This document shows positions 33,738 through 41,791 of a DNA stretch of 64,000 bases, piece by piece. The DNA lies in assembly GCA_050789445.1 (NCBI GenBank), contig JAILXR010000001.1, forward strand, positions 37,009 through 101,008. Direction: 5' to 3'. The DNA comes from Cellvibrionaceae bacterium (GTDB lineage Bacteria > Pseudomonadota > Gammaproteobacteria > Pseudomonadales > Cellvibrionaceae). The notes under the pieces are model-generated. The model searched no databases. It worked only from the letters and a program-made list of their open reading frames with translations, and was not told the origin of the DNA. Position 1 is the stretch's first letter. Every line of letters begins with the position of its first letter. The translations under genes were made by a program, and so were the position numbers.

Positions 33738-34433
33738 TTATTTTTCTGCCCGACTTTTTTTAATTCTTTCTAGTACATCGCTAGCTTTGTGCGTACTTGA
33801 TGTTATACCTGCTTCTTCAAGTTTGTTTTTTAAAGAACTATCGACGTTTTCTTCAGAAAGTTCATTGGCGACTTTCATCTGAGCATCTTTTAGAGTTTGT
33901 TTTTCTTTAAGCCGCTCTAGTGAATCCATTGCTGTTCTCAGTTTCGAGTTGGTTCCGCTATGTCTTTCGGCGACAGCTGCTTGTGCCCGCTGAACATTTT
34001 CTGTCGCTTTAACAGTGTCAACTTGTTGCTTAAGTCGCTTTATTGTTAATTCAGTTTGCCTAATGGTCTCGCGCAGTTTATTTACGTTTTCAGTAAAGCC
34101 ATCACGCAATTTTTTCTCATCATCTAACTGGTTTTCAAGATCTGCAATTTTAGTGGCGACCTCTAGGGCTAAAGCCTCATTGTCAGCCTCTAACGCTTTG
34201 ACAGCATATCCTTCATGTTCTTGGATTGCGGACTCAATTTTTTTAACTTTTTCTTCCGAAAGCTTTTGTCGAGCCATAATTGTGGCCAGTCCATCTTTTG
34301 ACTGTTTTAGTTCTTCACCAGCGTCTCGAACTTCTTGATCTAAAATTCGTAAAGCTTGTGTGTCGACGATAGCTTCACCAGCTTCATTTACACCACCTTT
34401 TAACGCGGTTATCATTTTTGCCCATACGTTCAT
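33738..34433 (-). CDS. PspA/IM30 (Vipp1, ESCRT-III-like) family protein, YjfJ-like
   Basis: 231 aa, all helical coiled-coil. The N-terminus MNVWAKMITALKGGVNEAGEAIVDTQALRILDQEVRDAGEEL and its length match the PspA/IM30 family. No pspBC or pspF neighbours are present. Confidence 0.8.
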   Translation of the reverse strand: MNVWAKMITALKGGVNEAGEAIVDTQALRILDQEVRDAGEELKQSKDGLATIMARQKLSEEKVKKIESAIQEHEGYAVKALEADNEALALEVATKIADLENQLDDEKKLRDGFTENVNKLRETIRQTELTIKRLKQQVDTVKATENVQRAQAAVAERHSGTNSKLRTAMDSLERLKEKQTLKDAQMKVANELSEENVDSSLKNKLEEAGITSSTHKASDVLERIKKSRAEK

Positions 34434-34443
34434 GTTTGTTCTC

Positions 34444-35070
34444 CTAAGCTTCTATTGCTATGTTAAGAAACTCGCTATATGCCTCTGTCGCTTGTATGAC
34501 ATTACTCGCTAAAGTTTCGATTTCGAAAATCACATTTGAAAGTGTCGATATGGAGCTAAGTGCGCCGAACATGTGATAGTAATCCTGTCCGTCTCCAATT
34601 GTGTCTAAGCTTATCGTTGAGAGAGGGAAATACTTATGTGTTCTCAGTATTGCTTTATTAAATCGATCAACGTCATTGACGGCAGTGACAGGCCATAAAA
34701 CAGATTCCGCAATTATCTGCTCACCAGAAACTGTCAAAAAAACTGGGAGGTCTCCATACTCGTGCATCATTATATGCAAAGCTGGTTCTACGCCGTCTAT
34801 AAGTTCGGCGGAAGACTGCCCGCTTTGGAGTAGATCTGACTCTAGGAGTTCTTTGTAAAGAGTTTCAGTCGTCCAAGCTTTATCGTTGCTAATCATACTT
34901 GCTCCTTTGTTTATTGTAAGGCCCCCGCGGGCTGTTCGAAGTTCTTTTTCCATAATGCTTAACGTTTTTGAGTTTTCAGGAAGAATCCATACCTCTTTTT
35001 TAATAAGGCCTTGTTCGCGAAGACGCTTTCGAAATTCTCTTTGGTAGTGTGCTGATGACTTTGGTTTCAT
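34444..35070 (-). CDS. hypothetical protein, first gene of the operon (basic N-terminus; possibly YjfI/DUF2170-like)
   Basis: 208 aa. It lies 10 nt upstream of the PspA-family gene. The N-terminus is basic (KSSAHYQREFRKRLREQGLIKK) and could be an RHH/DNA-binding segment. In E. coli the PspA paralogue yjfJ follows yjfI. Homology is not verifiable from sequence alone. Confidence 0.3.
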   Translation of the reverse strand: MKPKSSAHYQREFRKRLREQGLIKKEVWILPENSKTLSIMEKELRTARGGLTINKGASMISNDKAWTTETLYKELLESDLLQSGQSSAELIDGVEPALHIMMHEYGDLPVFLTVSGEQIIAESVLWPVTAVNDVDRFNKAILRTHKYFPLSTISLDTIGDGQDYYHMFGALSSISTLSNVIFEIETLASNVIQATEAYSEFLNIAIEA

Positions 35071-35087
35071 GGTGGAATAATCTAACT

Positions 35088-35121
35088 TGTTACATGTGAG
35101 ATGTCAATATGTTACATGTGA
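35088..35121 (-). promoter_or_regulatory. candidate operator: two direct copies of TGTTACATGTGA (core palindrome ACATGT) spaced 22 bp apart, 18-53 bp upstream of the operon's first start codon
   Basis: Copies at 35088-35099 and 35110-35121. Exact 12/12 repeat. The spacing is about two helical turns. It lies in the divergent intergenic region 35071-35407. Confidence 0.3.
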
Positions 35122-35407
35122 TGCTCCGGATTAGTTTATTGCAGTCGTATCTGATTGTTATAATTGATTTTTTTAGCTTTTCTCCGTTATTGTCGTGTTT
35201 TTTTGAGGTGGTTTGAGGAGTTTGGCGCCATTAATTTGCGCATGTTTGGGGTTGTTGACTGCATTTTGTTTCTTGGTCGCAATTATGCTGCAGGAATTCG
35301 AGCTTATCAGCGAATAGCCTTATGCTGTTATTGGCTGAGTAGAGCGGGTACTATGTCGACCGCATTTTATGAAGCATTAATTTTGTGACGAGTAGAAATC
35401 AATAGTT

Positions 35408-36367
35408 ATGTCTTATATGCATCGAGATGGAGTGAAGTTGTCTGCTGAAAGGATTGGTTATCGCTATAACGGCACTGTTAAAGCGGCTTTAAGTGATGTG
35501 TCAATTGTGTTTGAGTCGGGTTCTTGTTGTGGCATTTTGGGGCCAAATGGTGCGGGTAAGACCACTTTGCTATCGCTTCTGGTCGGCGTATTACCTATTC
35601 AGCGGGGAAGCTTATCGTTTGGAGGCGAGAAAAAAACGAATAAGGAAATTAAAAGTTCATCCGCTATTGTTCCTCAAGATTATGCCTTTTATCCCTCGTT
35701 AACTGGAAAAGAAAATCTCGATTTTTTTTCGGGTTTGTACGGTTTGTCTGGCGACAAAAAAAAGTCTCGCATTAATGACGTTGTCGATGTTTGTGGTTTG
35801 GCTGATGTTTTAGATAAGTACTCATCTCAGTATTCTGGTGGTATCAAGCGTCGTCTGAACTTGGCGATTGGTTTGTTGAGTGATCCTGACATTCTTTATC
35901 TTGACGAGCCGACTGTGGGGATTGATGCTCAATCACGCCGTTTTATTTTGTCCGCAATTAACAATTTGAAGGCGAAAGGTAAAACCATTGTTTATACGTC
36001 GCATTATATGGAAGAGATCGAGGCTATTTGCGACGACATTGTTATCATTGATCATGGCAAGTTACTGTTACAGAAAAAATTATCAGATATTTTGGGTGGA
36101 GAAAATGACAAGCTAGTCAAAGTTACATCTACTTTTCCTCCGAGTGTCGCCCAGATTGAAAAGCTTGGAACATTGTCAATTCGTCATATTTCTGGCTGTG
36201 AATTTTCTGCTTCAGCGAATCGTGCCAACTCTTCAGTTTTAGATTCTACGCAACAAATCTTCGATAGCTTTAATCAATGCGGTCTAGAGGTCGGTGCATT
36301 TAGCTATGGTGCTGACCGACTTGAAGATATTTATTTGTCTCTGACAAAAGAAAAGTTGAGAGATTAG
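35408..36367 (+). CDS. ABC transporter ATP-binding protein (ABC-2 exporter type)
   Basis: Walker A GPNGAGKTT, signature YSGGIKRRLNLAIGL, Walker B ILYLDEPTVGID. 319 aa. Confidence 0.85.
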   Translation: MSYMHRDGVKLSAERIGYRYNGTVKAALSDVSIVFESGSCCGILGPNGAGKTTLLSLLVGVLPIQRGSLSFGGEKKTNKEIKSSSAIVPQDYAFYPSLTGKENLDFFSGLYGLSGDKKKSRINDVVDVCGLADVLDKYSSQYSGGIKRRLNLAIGLLSDPDILYLDEPTVGIDAQSRRFILSAINNLKAKGKTIVYTSHYMEEIEAICDDIVIIDHGKLLLQKKLSDILGGENDKLVKVTSTFPPSVAQIEKLGTLSIRHISGCEFSASANRANSSVLDSTQQIFDSFNQCGLEVGAFSYGADRLEDIYLSLTKEKLRD

Positions 36368-37578
36368 TGAATATGAAATTATTTATTCAGCTGTCTTCTG
36401 TTTTCAAAAAAGAAATTTTATTGTTGGTGCGAGATCTTCATGGTTTGGTATTGTTATTTTTGATGCCTGCTGTTTTTATTGTGATTATGTCGCTGGCAAT
36501 GCAGCAAAATTTTTCGGCAAGAGATCAAGTGAAATTACCGGTTCTAGTCAGTGATCTTGCGGATAATGATGATTCTCGGGCACTGCTAAAAAATTTAGCC
36601 GATACGGAAGTTTTTGAATTCTTGTTTGCTGATGATATTTTTGAATTAAAAAGTAACGATGAACTTCTTGGTTATGTTCAAAAAGACAAAGCAGCTTTTC
36701 TTATAAAAATTTATACACTTCCAGAAGATGATGAAGAAACAAATACAATTGGTGTTGAATTACTGGTAGCTCCGGCAACATCTAAGCAGACCGAAATGAT
36801 ATTTGTGGCTGCACTTCGAGAGTCTTTGCGCGGTGTTAAAGTAGAAAAAATGCTTGACGATTTTGACGATGATACATTTGGTGATGAATCATTAGAAGAG
36901 TTGGCCGCTGTCGTGTTGGATGTAAATTATGCCTACGGCGGCGGTCAGGAATTATCTCCGTCGTCTGTTCAGCAAAATGTTCCTGCATGGCTAGTTTTTG
37001 CTATGTTTTTTGTGGTCGTGCCTCTTTCGAATACACTCATTAAAGAGCGCCAGTTGGGAACGCTGAAGCGATTGAAAACAATTCCAGTCTCTCCAGTGAT
37101 TTTGATTTTGGGCAAATTGCTCCCCTATTTTATTGTGATGCAGTTGCAAGTGGTTTGCATGATTGCTGTTGGGATTTTTGTTGTCCCAATGTTGGGAGGC
37201 GATCAACTGGAAATGGGGTCCTCTTTTACTGCGTTGGCTTTAATTTCTTTTGCATTGAGTTTGGCTGCGTTGGGGTATGCTTTTTTAATTGCAGTGATTA
37301 CTAAAACAACCGAGCAAGCAACTATGTTGGGTGGGGCAGGAAATATTATATTGGCCGCATTAGGTGGCATCATGATTCCTAAATTTGTTATGCCGATGTC
37401 GATGCAAAAAATCAGTGAATGGTCGCCGATGAATTGGGGGCTTGAAGGGTTTCTGGATGTGTTTTTGAGAAATGGAGACGCAACTCTCGTGTTATCAAAA
37501 GCGGCAATGCTAGGCGGCCTAGGTATATTTTTAATTGTGATTGCATCGCTTGTGATGGCAAAGCGAAATGAAGCTTAA
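36367..37578 (+). CDS. ABC-2 family transporter permease
   Basis: 403 aa. A ~180-aa extracytoplasmic N-terminal region is followed by 6 predicted TM helices typical of ABC-2 permeases. GTG 36367 overlaps the ATPase stop (TAGTG). Alternative ATG at 36373. Confidence 0.75.
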   Translation: MNMKLFIQLSSVFKKEILLLVRDLHGLVLLFLMPAVFIVIMSLAMQQNFSARDQVKLPVLVSDLADNDDSRALLKNLADTEVFEFLFADDIFELKSNDELLGYVQKDKAAFLIKIYTLPEDDEETNTIGVELLVAPATSKQTEMIFVAALRESLRGVKVEKMLDDFDDDTFGDESLEELAAVVLDVNYAYGGGQELSPSSVQQNVPAWLVFAMFFVVVPLSNTLIKERQLGTLKRLKTIPVSPVILILGKLLPYFIVMQLQVVCMIAVGIFVVPMLGGDQLEMGSSFTALALISFALSLAALGYAFLIAVITKTTEQATMLGGAGNIILAALGGIMIPKFVMPMSMQKISEWSPMNWGLEGFLDVFLRNGDATLVLSKAAMLGGLGIFLIVIASLVMAKRNEA

Positions 37579-37650
37579 TCGTTGTATATAGAACACATAA
37601 AGTGTTTGAACGAAACAAAAAAGAAAATCGAAATAAATTGGAAGTTCGAA

Positions 37651-37923
37651 ATGAATAAAAATCAGTTAATTGCAGAGCTCAAAAAAATGATCATTGAAGA
37701 ATGTGATAAAGATATTGAGCCAGAAGAGATTAAAGATGATGAGCAGTTAATTGGTGGTGGTGATTTGGATTTGGATTCTCTGGATGCATTGCAAATATCA
37801 ATGTCTGTTCAAAAAAAGTACGGTGTTAGAATTGAAAATGGACCCGATGCAAAAAAAGCGTTGCGCACTGTAGATTCTTTAGCTGAAAAGATTTTAGCTG
37901 ATCTACCTGAAAATAAATCATAG
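37651..37923 (+). CDS. acyl carrier protein
   Basis: 90 aa from ATG 37651 (the track ORF starts earlier at 37582). The phosphopantetheine-attachment motif is GGDLDLDSLDALQISMSVQKKYG, a DSLD-type serine. Confidence 0.7.
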   Translation: MNKNQLIAELKKMIIEECDKDIEPEEIKDDEQLIGGGDLDLDSLDALQISMSVQKKYGVRIENGPDAKKALRTVDSLAEKILADLPENKS

Positions 37924-37939
37924 GTGTAAGGAAGGATCC

Positions 37940-39220
37940 ATGAAGCCTATTCATATTATCGGTACGGGACTGCATACCGCGTTAGGTTCGAGTACAGCTG
38001 AATGTGTCACTGCTTTGCGTGAACATGGCGTTACTAAAAAGCCTAGCGCTAGCGTAGCTTCTTTAAGCTGTACCTTGCCAAACAATGAAATAACAATTCC
38101 TTATTATCTTCTTGCAAAAACGCCTACTCGCGATGTACACGTTCGGTTCAATGATGTTTTGTTTGATGTTGTTTCTCAAGCCATAAGCGAAGCTGGTCTA
38201 TCAGAGTCAGCATTAAATAATATAGGCTTGTTTGTTGGGTCATCATCATTTGAAATAGCTGATGAAGAGGAGCGATTTAAAAAAACGCTGTGTGAGAAAG
38301 ATGCTTTCCCGCTTGCCGAGTGCGGTATGGGGAATCTATCAGAGCGTGTAAGAAAGCATTTTAATATTAGCGGCCCTGACTTTACGTTTAATACGGCCTG
38401 CACCTCTAGCGCAAATGCAATGCTGTATGCGGGGCAATTAATTGATCAAGGTGTGATTGAAAATGCTCTGGTTGTTGCTGTTGAGTTTTCAAATGACACA
38501 ACAACGTATGGTTTTTATGGCTTGCAGTTGCTGAGTCAAAATGCGTTGTTGCCGTTTGATGATAGGCGTGATGGTTTAATACTTGGTGAAAGTTGTGCGG
38601 CTGCTATTTTATCTGGTCCCGATTCGAGTAGTAGCGAATGGCATGATCAAAATCTACAGGACAAAAGCCTTCCAGAAAAAAACGTTCTGAGAAAAAACAA
38701 AGCAAAGATCAGATTATTAGGCGGCGCAAATTTATGTGATACGCATAGCATGTCTATTACTCATGAAGATGGTGACGTTGTAGCGCAAGTGATTTCTTCA
38801 GCGCTTAAAAATGCGGGAGTTTCTTCAAGGGATATATCTGTAATCAAGTGTCATGGAACAGCGACAATGGGTGGGGATGCCGCAGAAGCTAATGGTATGA
38901 GGCGTGCTTTTGAGTCAGTTGAAAAATTTCCGCAGTGCTGTGCCATCAAGCCGTTTATAGGTCACACGCTTGGTGCCTGCGGTTTGTCGGAATTTATTTT
39001 ATTTTGTGGTGCCGTTCAGCAAGGTTTTATTCCAACCTCAAAAGGGATTGCAGAAAAGGGAAATGAATTGGGTATTGTTTTGAATCAGGAATTAACCCTA
39101 GAGAAAGGCGAAAAAATAAATCAGCCTATTTTGGGTAGGTATTTATTAAATTATTTTGGTTTTGGTGGGAATAATACCAGCCTTGTTGCCGATATAGTGG
39201 ATGGTGATAATCGTGGTTAA
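37940..39220 (+). CDS. beta-ketoacyl-ACP synthase (KAS I/II-like ketosynthase)
   Basis: 426 aa. The active-site Cys is in NTACTSSANAM. The catalytic His residues are in KCHGTATMGGDAAE and GHTLGACG. Confidence 0.85.
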   Translation: MKPIHIIGTGLHTALGSSTAECVTALREHGVTKKPSASVASLSCTLPNNEITIPYYLLAKTPTRDVHVRFNDVLFDVVSQAISEAGLSESALNNIGLFVGSSSFEIADEEERFKKTLCEKDAFPLAECGMGNLSERVRKHFNISGPDFTFNTACTSSANAMLYAGQLIDQGVIENALVVAVEFSNDTTTYGFYGLQLLSQNALLPFDDRRDGLILGESCAAAILSGPDSSSSEWHDQNLQDKSLPEKNVLRKNKAKIRLLGGANLCDTHSMSITHEDGDVVAQVISSALKNAGVSSRDISVIKCHGTATMGGDAAEANGMRRAFESVEKFPQCCAIKPFIGHTLGACGLSEFILFCGAVQQGFIPTSKGIAEKGNELGIVLNQELTLEKGEKINQPILGRYLLNYFGFGGNNTSLVADIVDGDNRG

Positions 39221-40196
39221 TCTTTTAAAAAGCCAAAGCGAAAACCAAAATGAAAAGTCTGGTGCTCCGAAAGTAGAGGGCGTGAAACTTCAGATTCTTT
39301 CAATGGGGCAATACATAGAAAAGGTTGATGAGAGTAGTGATAATCCACTACCTGAATTAAAAACACTGGTAAAAGAATCGACAGGAAAAGCAATTCGAAG
39401 AATTACTCGTTTTGTCCAATTGGCATTGATCGGCGCAAGTCGTTGCTGCAAAGATATTGAAATTGATAAAAGTGCGAGTGTGTATTTTGCTTCTTGCCGG
39501 GGCGATACCGGTGTAACGGTTGATTTGTTGAATGGTTTAGTTCGAGATCAGCAACCTCCAGCACCTTTGTCGTTTGTTAATTCAGTGAGTAATGCAGCTT
39601 GTTTTCAGGTAGCAAAGTCCGTTGATGTTTTTGGTGGAAGTAATTTTATTACGAATCGATATGACCCAATTTTTGCGGCATTACAGTTGGCTCAATCTGA
39701 TTTTATACTAGGGTCAGCATCGTCGGCGTTGATCGGTAGCGTTGATTGTTGTTCTTTGCCGCTTGATGAGCACCGAAGAAGAGTTGATTTGAGTACGAAT
39801 CAGGGGTTAGTTGAAGCGAGTAACTGGCTTTTAATTGCGAGCTTGTCAGCGGAACAGGAAAGCGCTCAGAATCAAACCTCAATTGGCGTCATCGAAGATC
39901 TTCGATATTTTTCAAATTTGGAATTACTAATCAATTGGCTAAAAACAAAAGATTTTTTAGCGGATATTGTATTAGGTATTGGTCAGCATCTTCCTGAGGG
40001 GGATGTACAGTCCATCATGAAGGAGGGGAGTATTGATTCTCGCTTTGATTATGTTGGTCGTGACGGTCACTACGATAGCCCAACAGGCGAGGGGATTATT
40101 CGTTTTTTAAAAGAGCATACAGCGACCATGATGTTGCATGTTAATTCTGATCCCTCAGGTCGCTTTACGGTTTTTATGGTCTGCCGAAACCGCTAA
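39201..40196 (+). CDS. ketosynthase-like protein lacking the active-site Cys (chain-length-factor / KS-beta-like partner)
   Basis: 331 aa. It overlaps the KS gene by 20 nt. The thiolase-like region VNSVSNAACFQVAKS has N/A at the position of the KS nucleophilic Cys. No His-His pair is present. The start may be downstream (Met at 39300). Confidence 0.5.
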   Translation: MVIIVVNLLKSQSENQNEKSGAPKVEGVKLQILSMGQYIEKVDESSDNPLPELKTLVKESTGKAIRRITRFVQLALIGASRCCKDIEIDKSASVYFASCRGDTGVTVDLLNGLVRDQQPPAPLSFVNSVSNAACFQVAKSVDVFGGSNFITNRYDPIFAALQLAQSDFILGSASSALIGSVDCCSLPLDEHRRRVDLSTNQGLVEASNWLLIASLSAEQESAQNQTSIGVIEDLRYFSNLELLINWLKTKDFLADIVLGIGQHLPEGDVQSIMKEGSIDSRFDYVGRDGHYDSPTGEGIIRFLKEHTATMMLHVNSDPSGRFTVFMVCRNR

Positions 40197-40208
40197 TCCA
40201 ACATGTTT

Positions 40209-41231
40209 TTACCACATCTTTTTCAGTAAGTTCCACACCTCTAATTCTTTATCGGCGCACTTGTTGATAATGTTGTTGAGCTCTGTTGCATCCATGGGTT
40301 TTCGTTTGCGAGACATTTTACTGGCTTGTAGAGCAAAGTTACGCCATTGATCTCCAGCATCTGTCATTTTTTCTGATGCTTCTATTAATAGATCATGATG
40401 AGTATATTGTGCGGCCTCTCGTAAAAATGCAGCATAAATAAATCGAAAGCCGGCGCCGCCAGTTCCTATTTCTTCTTGCATTCTAACAATGTGGCTTAGG
40501 TAAAGCGGTAAATATTCTTCTCTTTTCTTGGGATTCTTTTCGAGTTTGATTAGGTTTTTACCTAGATAGCGAATTCCCCGTACACCGACAATAGGGATTG
40601 GTGCTTTCGCCATAATTTTATAGTTTGATTTTATCGCTTTAGGAATAACAGTAGCGTAATCAATTTCTGAAGGAATGTGTTCTGGGTAATACATCAAACC
40701 TTTTGCTGCCATAGCTCCTTTTGCAAAGCGCGCTTTTTTTAAGCCTTCTTTTTCACAGGTTTGTGAAGTTTCAAAAACGGGGTCGCTGACAAAATAATTT
40801 TTTTCATCTTTGCCGTACACTAATAAATTGTGAGCGTTGAAGTGAAAGCGCATTTCTTGTGGAAAATAAGGGAGCCAGTAAACACTGGTTTGCAATCCAA
40901 CTAATTTTTCTTGTTCTATGAGCCTATCTAATTCTGCCATGCCCTCATCGGGGTTCCGAAAAGTTTGGAAGTGCATTTTTAAGCCAATGCGTTTTTGTAA
41001 TCCTTTAATAATCCATTTTGGGGGCATGCGATAAGCTATGAGTGGCATGCCGGATAATTTTACAAAAGGAATGTAGGCAAATGTCAGTGCGTTTGATAAA
41101 CCAAAAGCCATGGGTTCTGTCATCGGCAAGCCATAATGCGTCAACATGGATGAGATGACACCGCTCTCACAGTGAGCCGATTGCTTATGGTTGAAATGAT
41201 TGTTTTTAGGAGTCTGGGTTTGTGAGTTCAT
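40209..41231 (-). CDS. BtrH_N/DUF4872-like protein (putative ACP-dependent acyltransferase, papain-like fold)
   Basis: 340 aa with an N-terminal HCESGVISSMLTHYG putative Cys nucleophile. Length and layout are consistent with BtrH-like proteins. The assignment is by pattern recall, not by search. Confidence 0.45.
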   Translation of the reverse strand: MNSQTQTPKNNHFNHKQSAHCESGVISSMLTHYGLPMTEPMAFGLSNALTFAYIPFVKLSGMPLIAYRMPPKWIIKGLQKRIGLKMHFQTFRNPDEGMAELDRLIEQEKLVGLQTSVYWLPYFPQEMRFHFNAHNLLVYGKDEKNYFVSDPVFETSQTCEKEGLKKARFAKGAMAAKGLMYYPEHIPSEIDYATVIPKAIKSNYKIMAKAPIPIVGVRGIRYLGKNLIKLEKNPKKREEYLPLYLSHIVRMQEEIGTGGAGFRFIYAAFLREAAQYTHHDLLIEASEKMTDAGDQWRNFALQASKMSRKRKPMDATELNNIINKCADKELEVWNLLKKMW

Positions 41232-41335
41232 GTTTGTTTATCAGTATTGTTAGGAGGTTTGAACTTGGCTGTGTATTCGCAGCTATGCTTTCCCCGGCAC
41301 TTTAATCGCTAGCTTTTGGGTGTTTTGAATAGTTT

Positions 41336-41749
41336 TTAACTAGCAGAAAATTCATCCGGCAAAGTGTTGAGATCTTCTTTCGATAGGCCTAGCGCATCGC
41401 AATATTTATCGATGTTTTTTTGAGAGAGTTTTTTGAACGAGTCAGGTTTAAAATGCCTACGAATACGCCATTGAAAAAAGCCAGTTGCTTGCGAAAGGAG
41501 AGCAAGATCCATTCGGCAATTAAACATATGGAACTCAAGCGGCGCTGAAATGCCGTCTCTACCGCGTTGCCATGCAGCTTGCCTGTCGGCATTGATGACA
41601 TTGATCGCGTCTTGAGTTGCTTCGCCTTCTACATCCCATCCAGTCGATTGTACGCCGGTGTATTCGCCATCATTCTCGACAGCGTAAAATAATTTTTGGT
41701 GACCGGCGTAGGTCGAAATGTTGTCTTGCGGGACTTCGTCTTTTTTCAT
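41336..41749 (-). CDS. hypothetical protein (137 aa) within the resorcinol-type cluster
   Basis: Clean ORF between the BtrH-like gene and darB, on the same strand. No recognisable motif. Confidence 0.5.
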   Translation of the reverse strand: MKKDEVPQDNISTYAGHQKLFYAVENDGEYTGVQSTGWDVEGEATQDAINVINADRQAAWQRGRDGISAPLEFHMFNCRMDLALLSQATGFFQWRIRRHFKPDSFKKLSQKNIDKYCDALGLSKEDLNTLPDEFSAS

Positions 41750-41791
41750 TTGAATAAATCCATTTTAATTGACGATTTTTATAGTGAGAAG

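Noticed and set aside
35222-35245. Possible sigma54 -24/-12 element (TGGCGC-N7-TTGCG) upstream of the ABC exporter
   Set aside because: The spacer is 2 nt too long for the canonical TGGCAC-N5-TTGC geometry, and no enhancer-binding-protein gene is nearby.
35164-35388. 74-aa ORF in the divergent intergenic region
   Set aside because: No RBS or recognisable motifs. The region is better explained as a promoter/operator region for two divergent operons.
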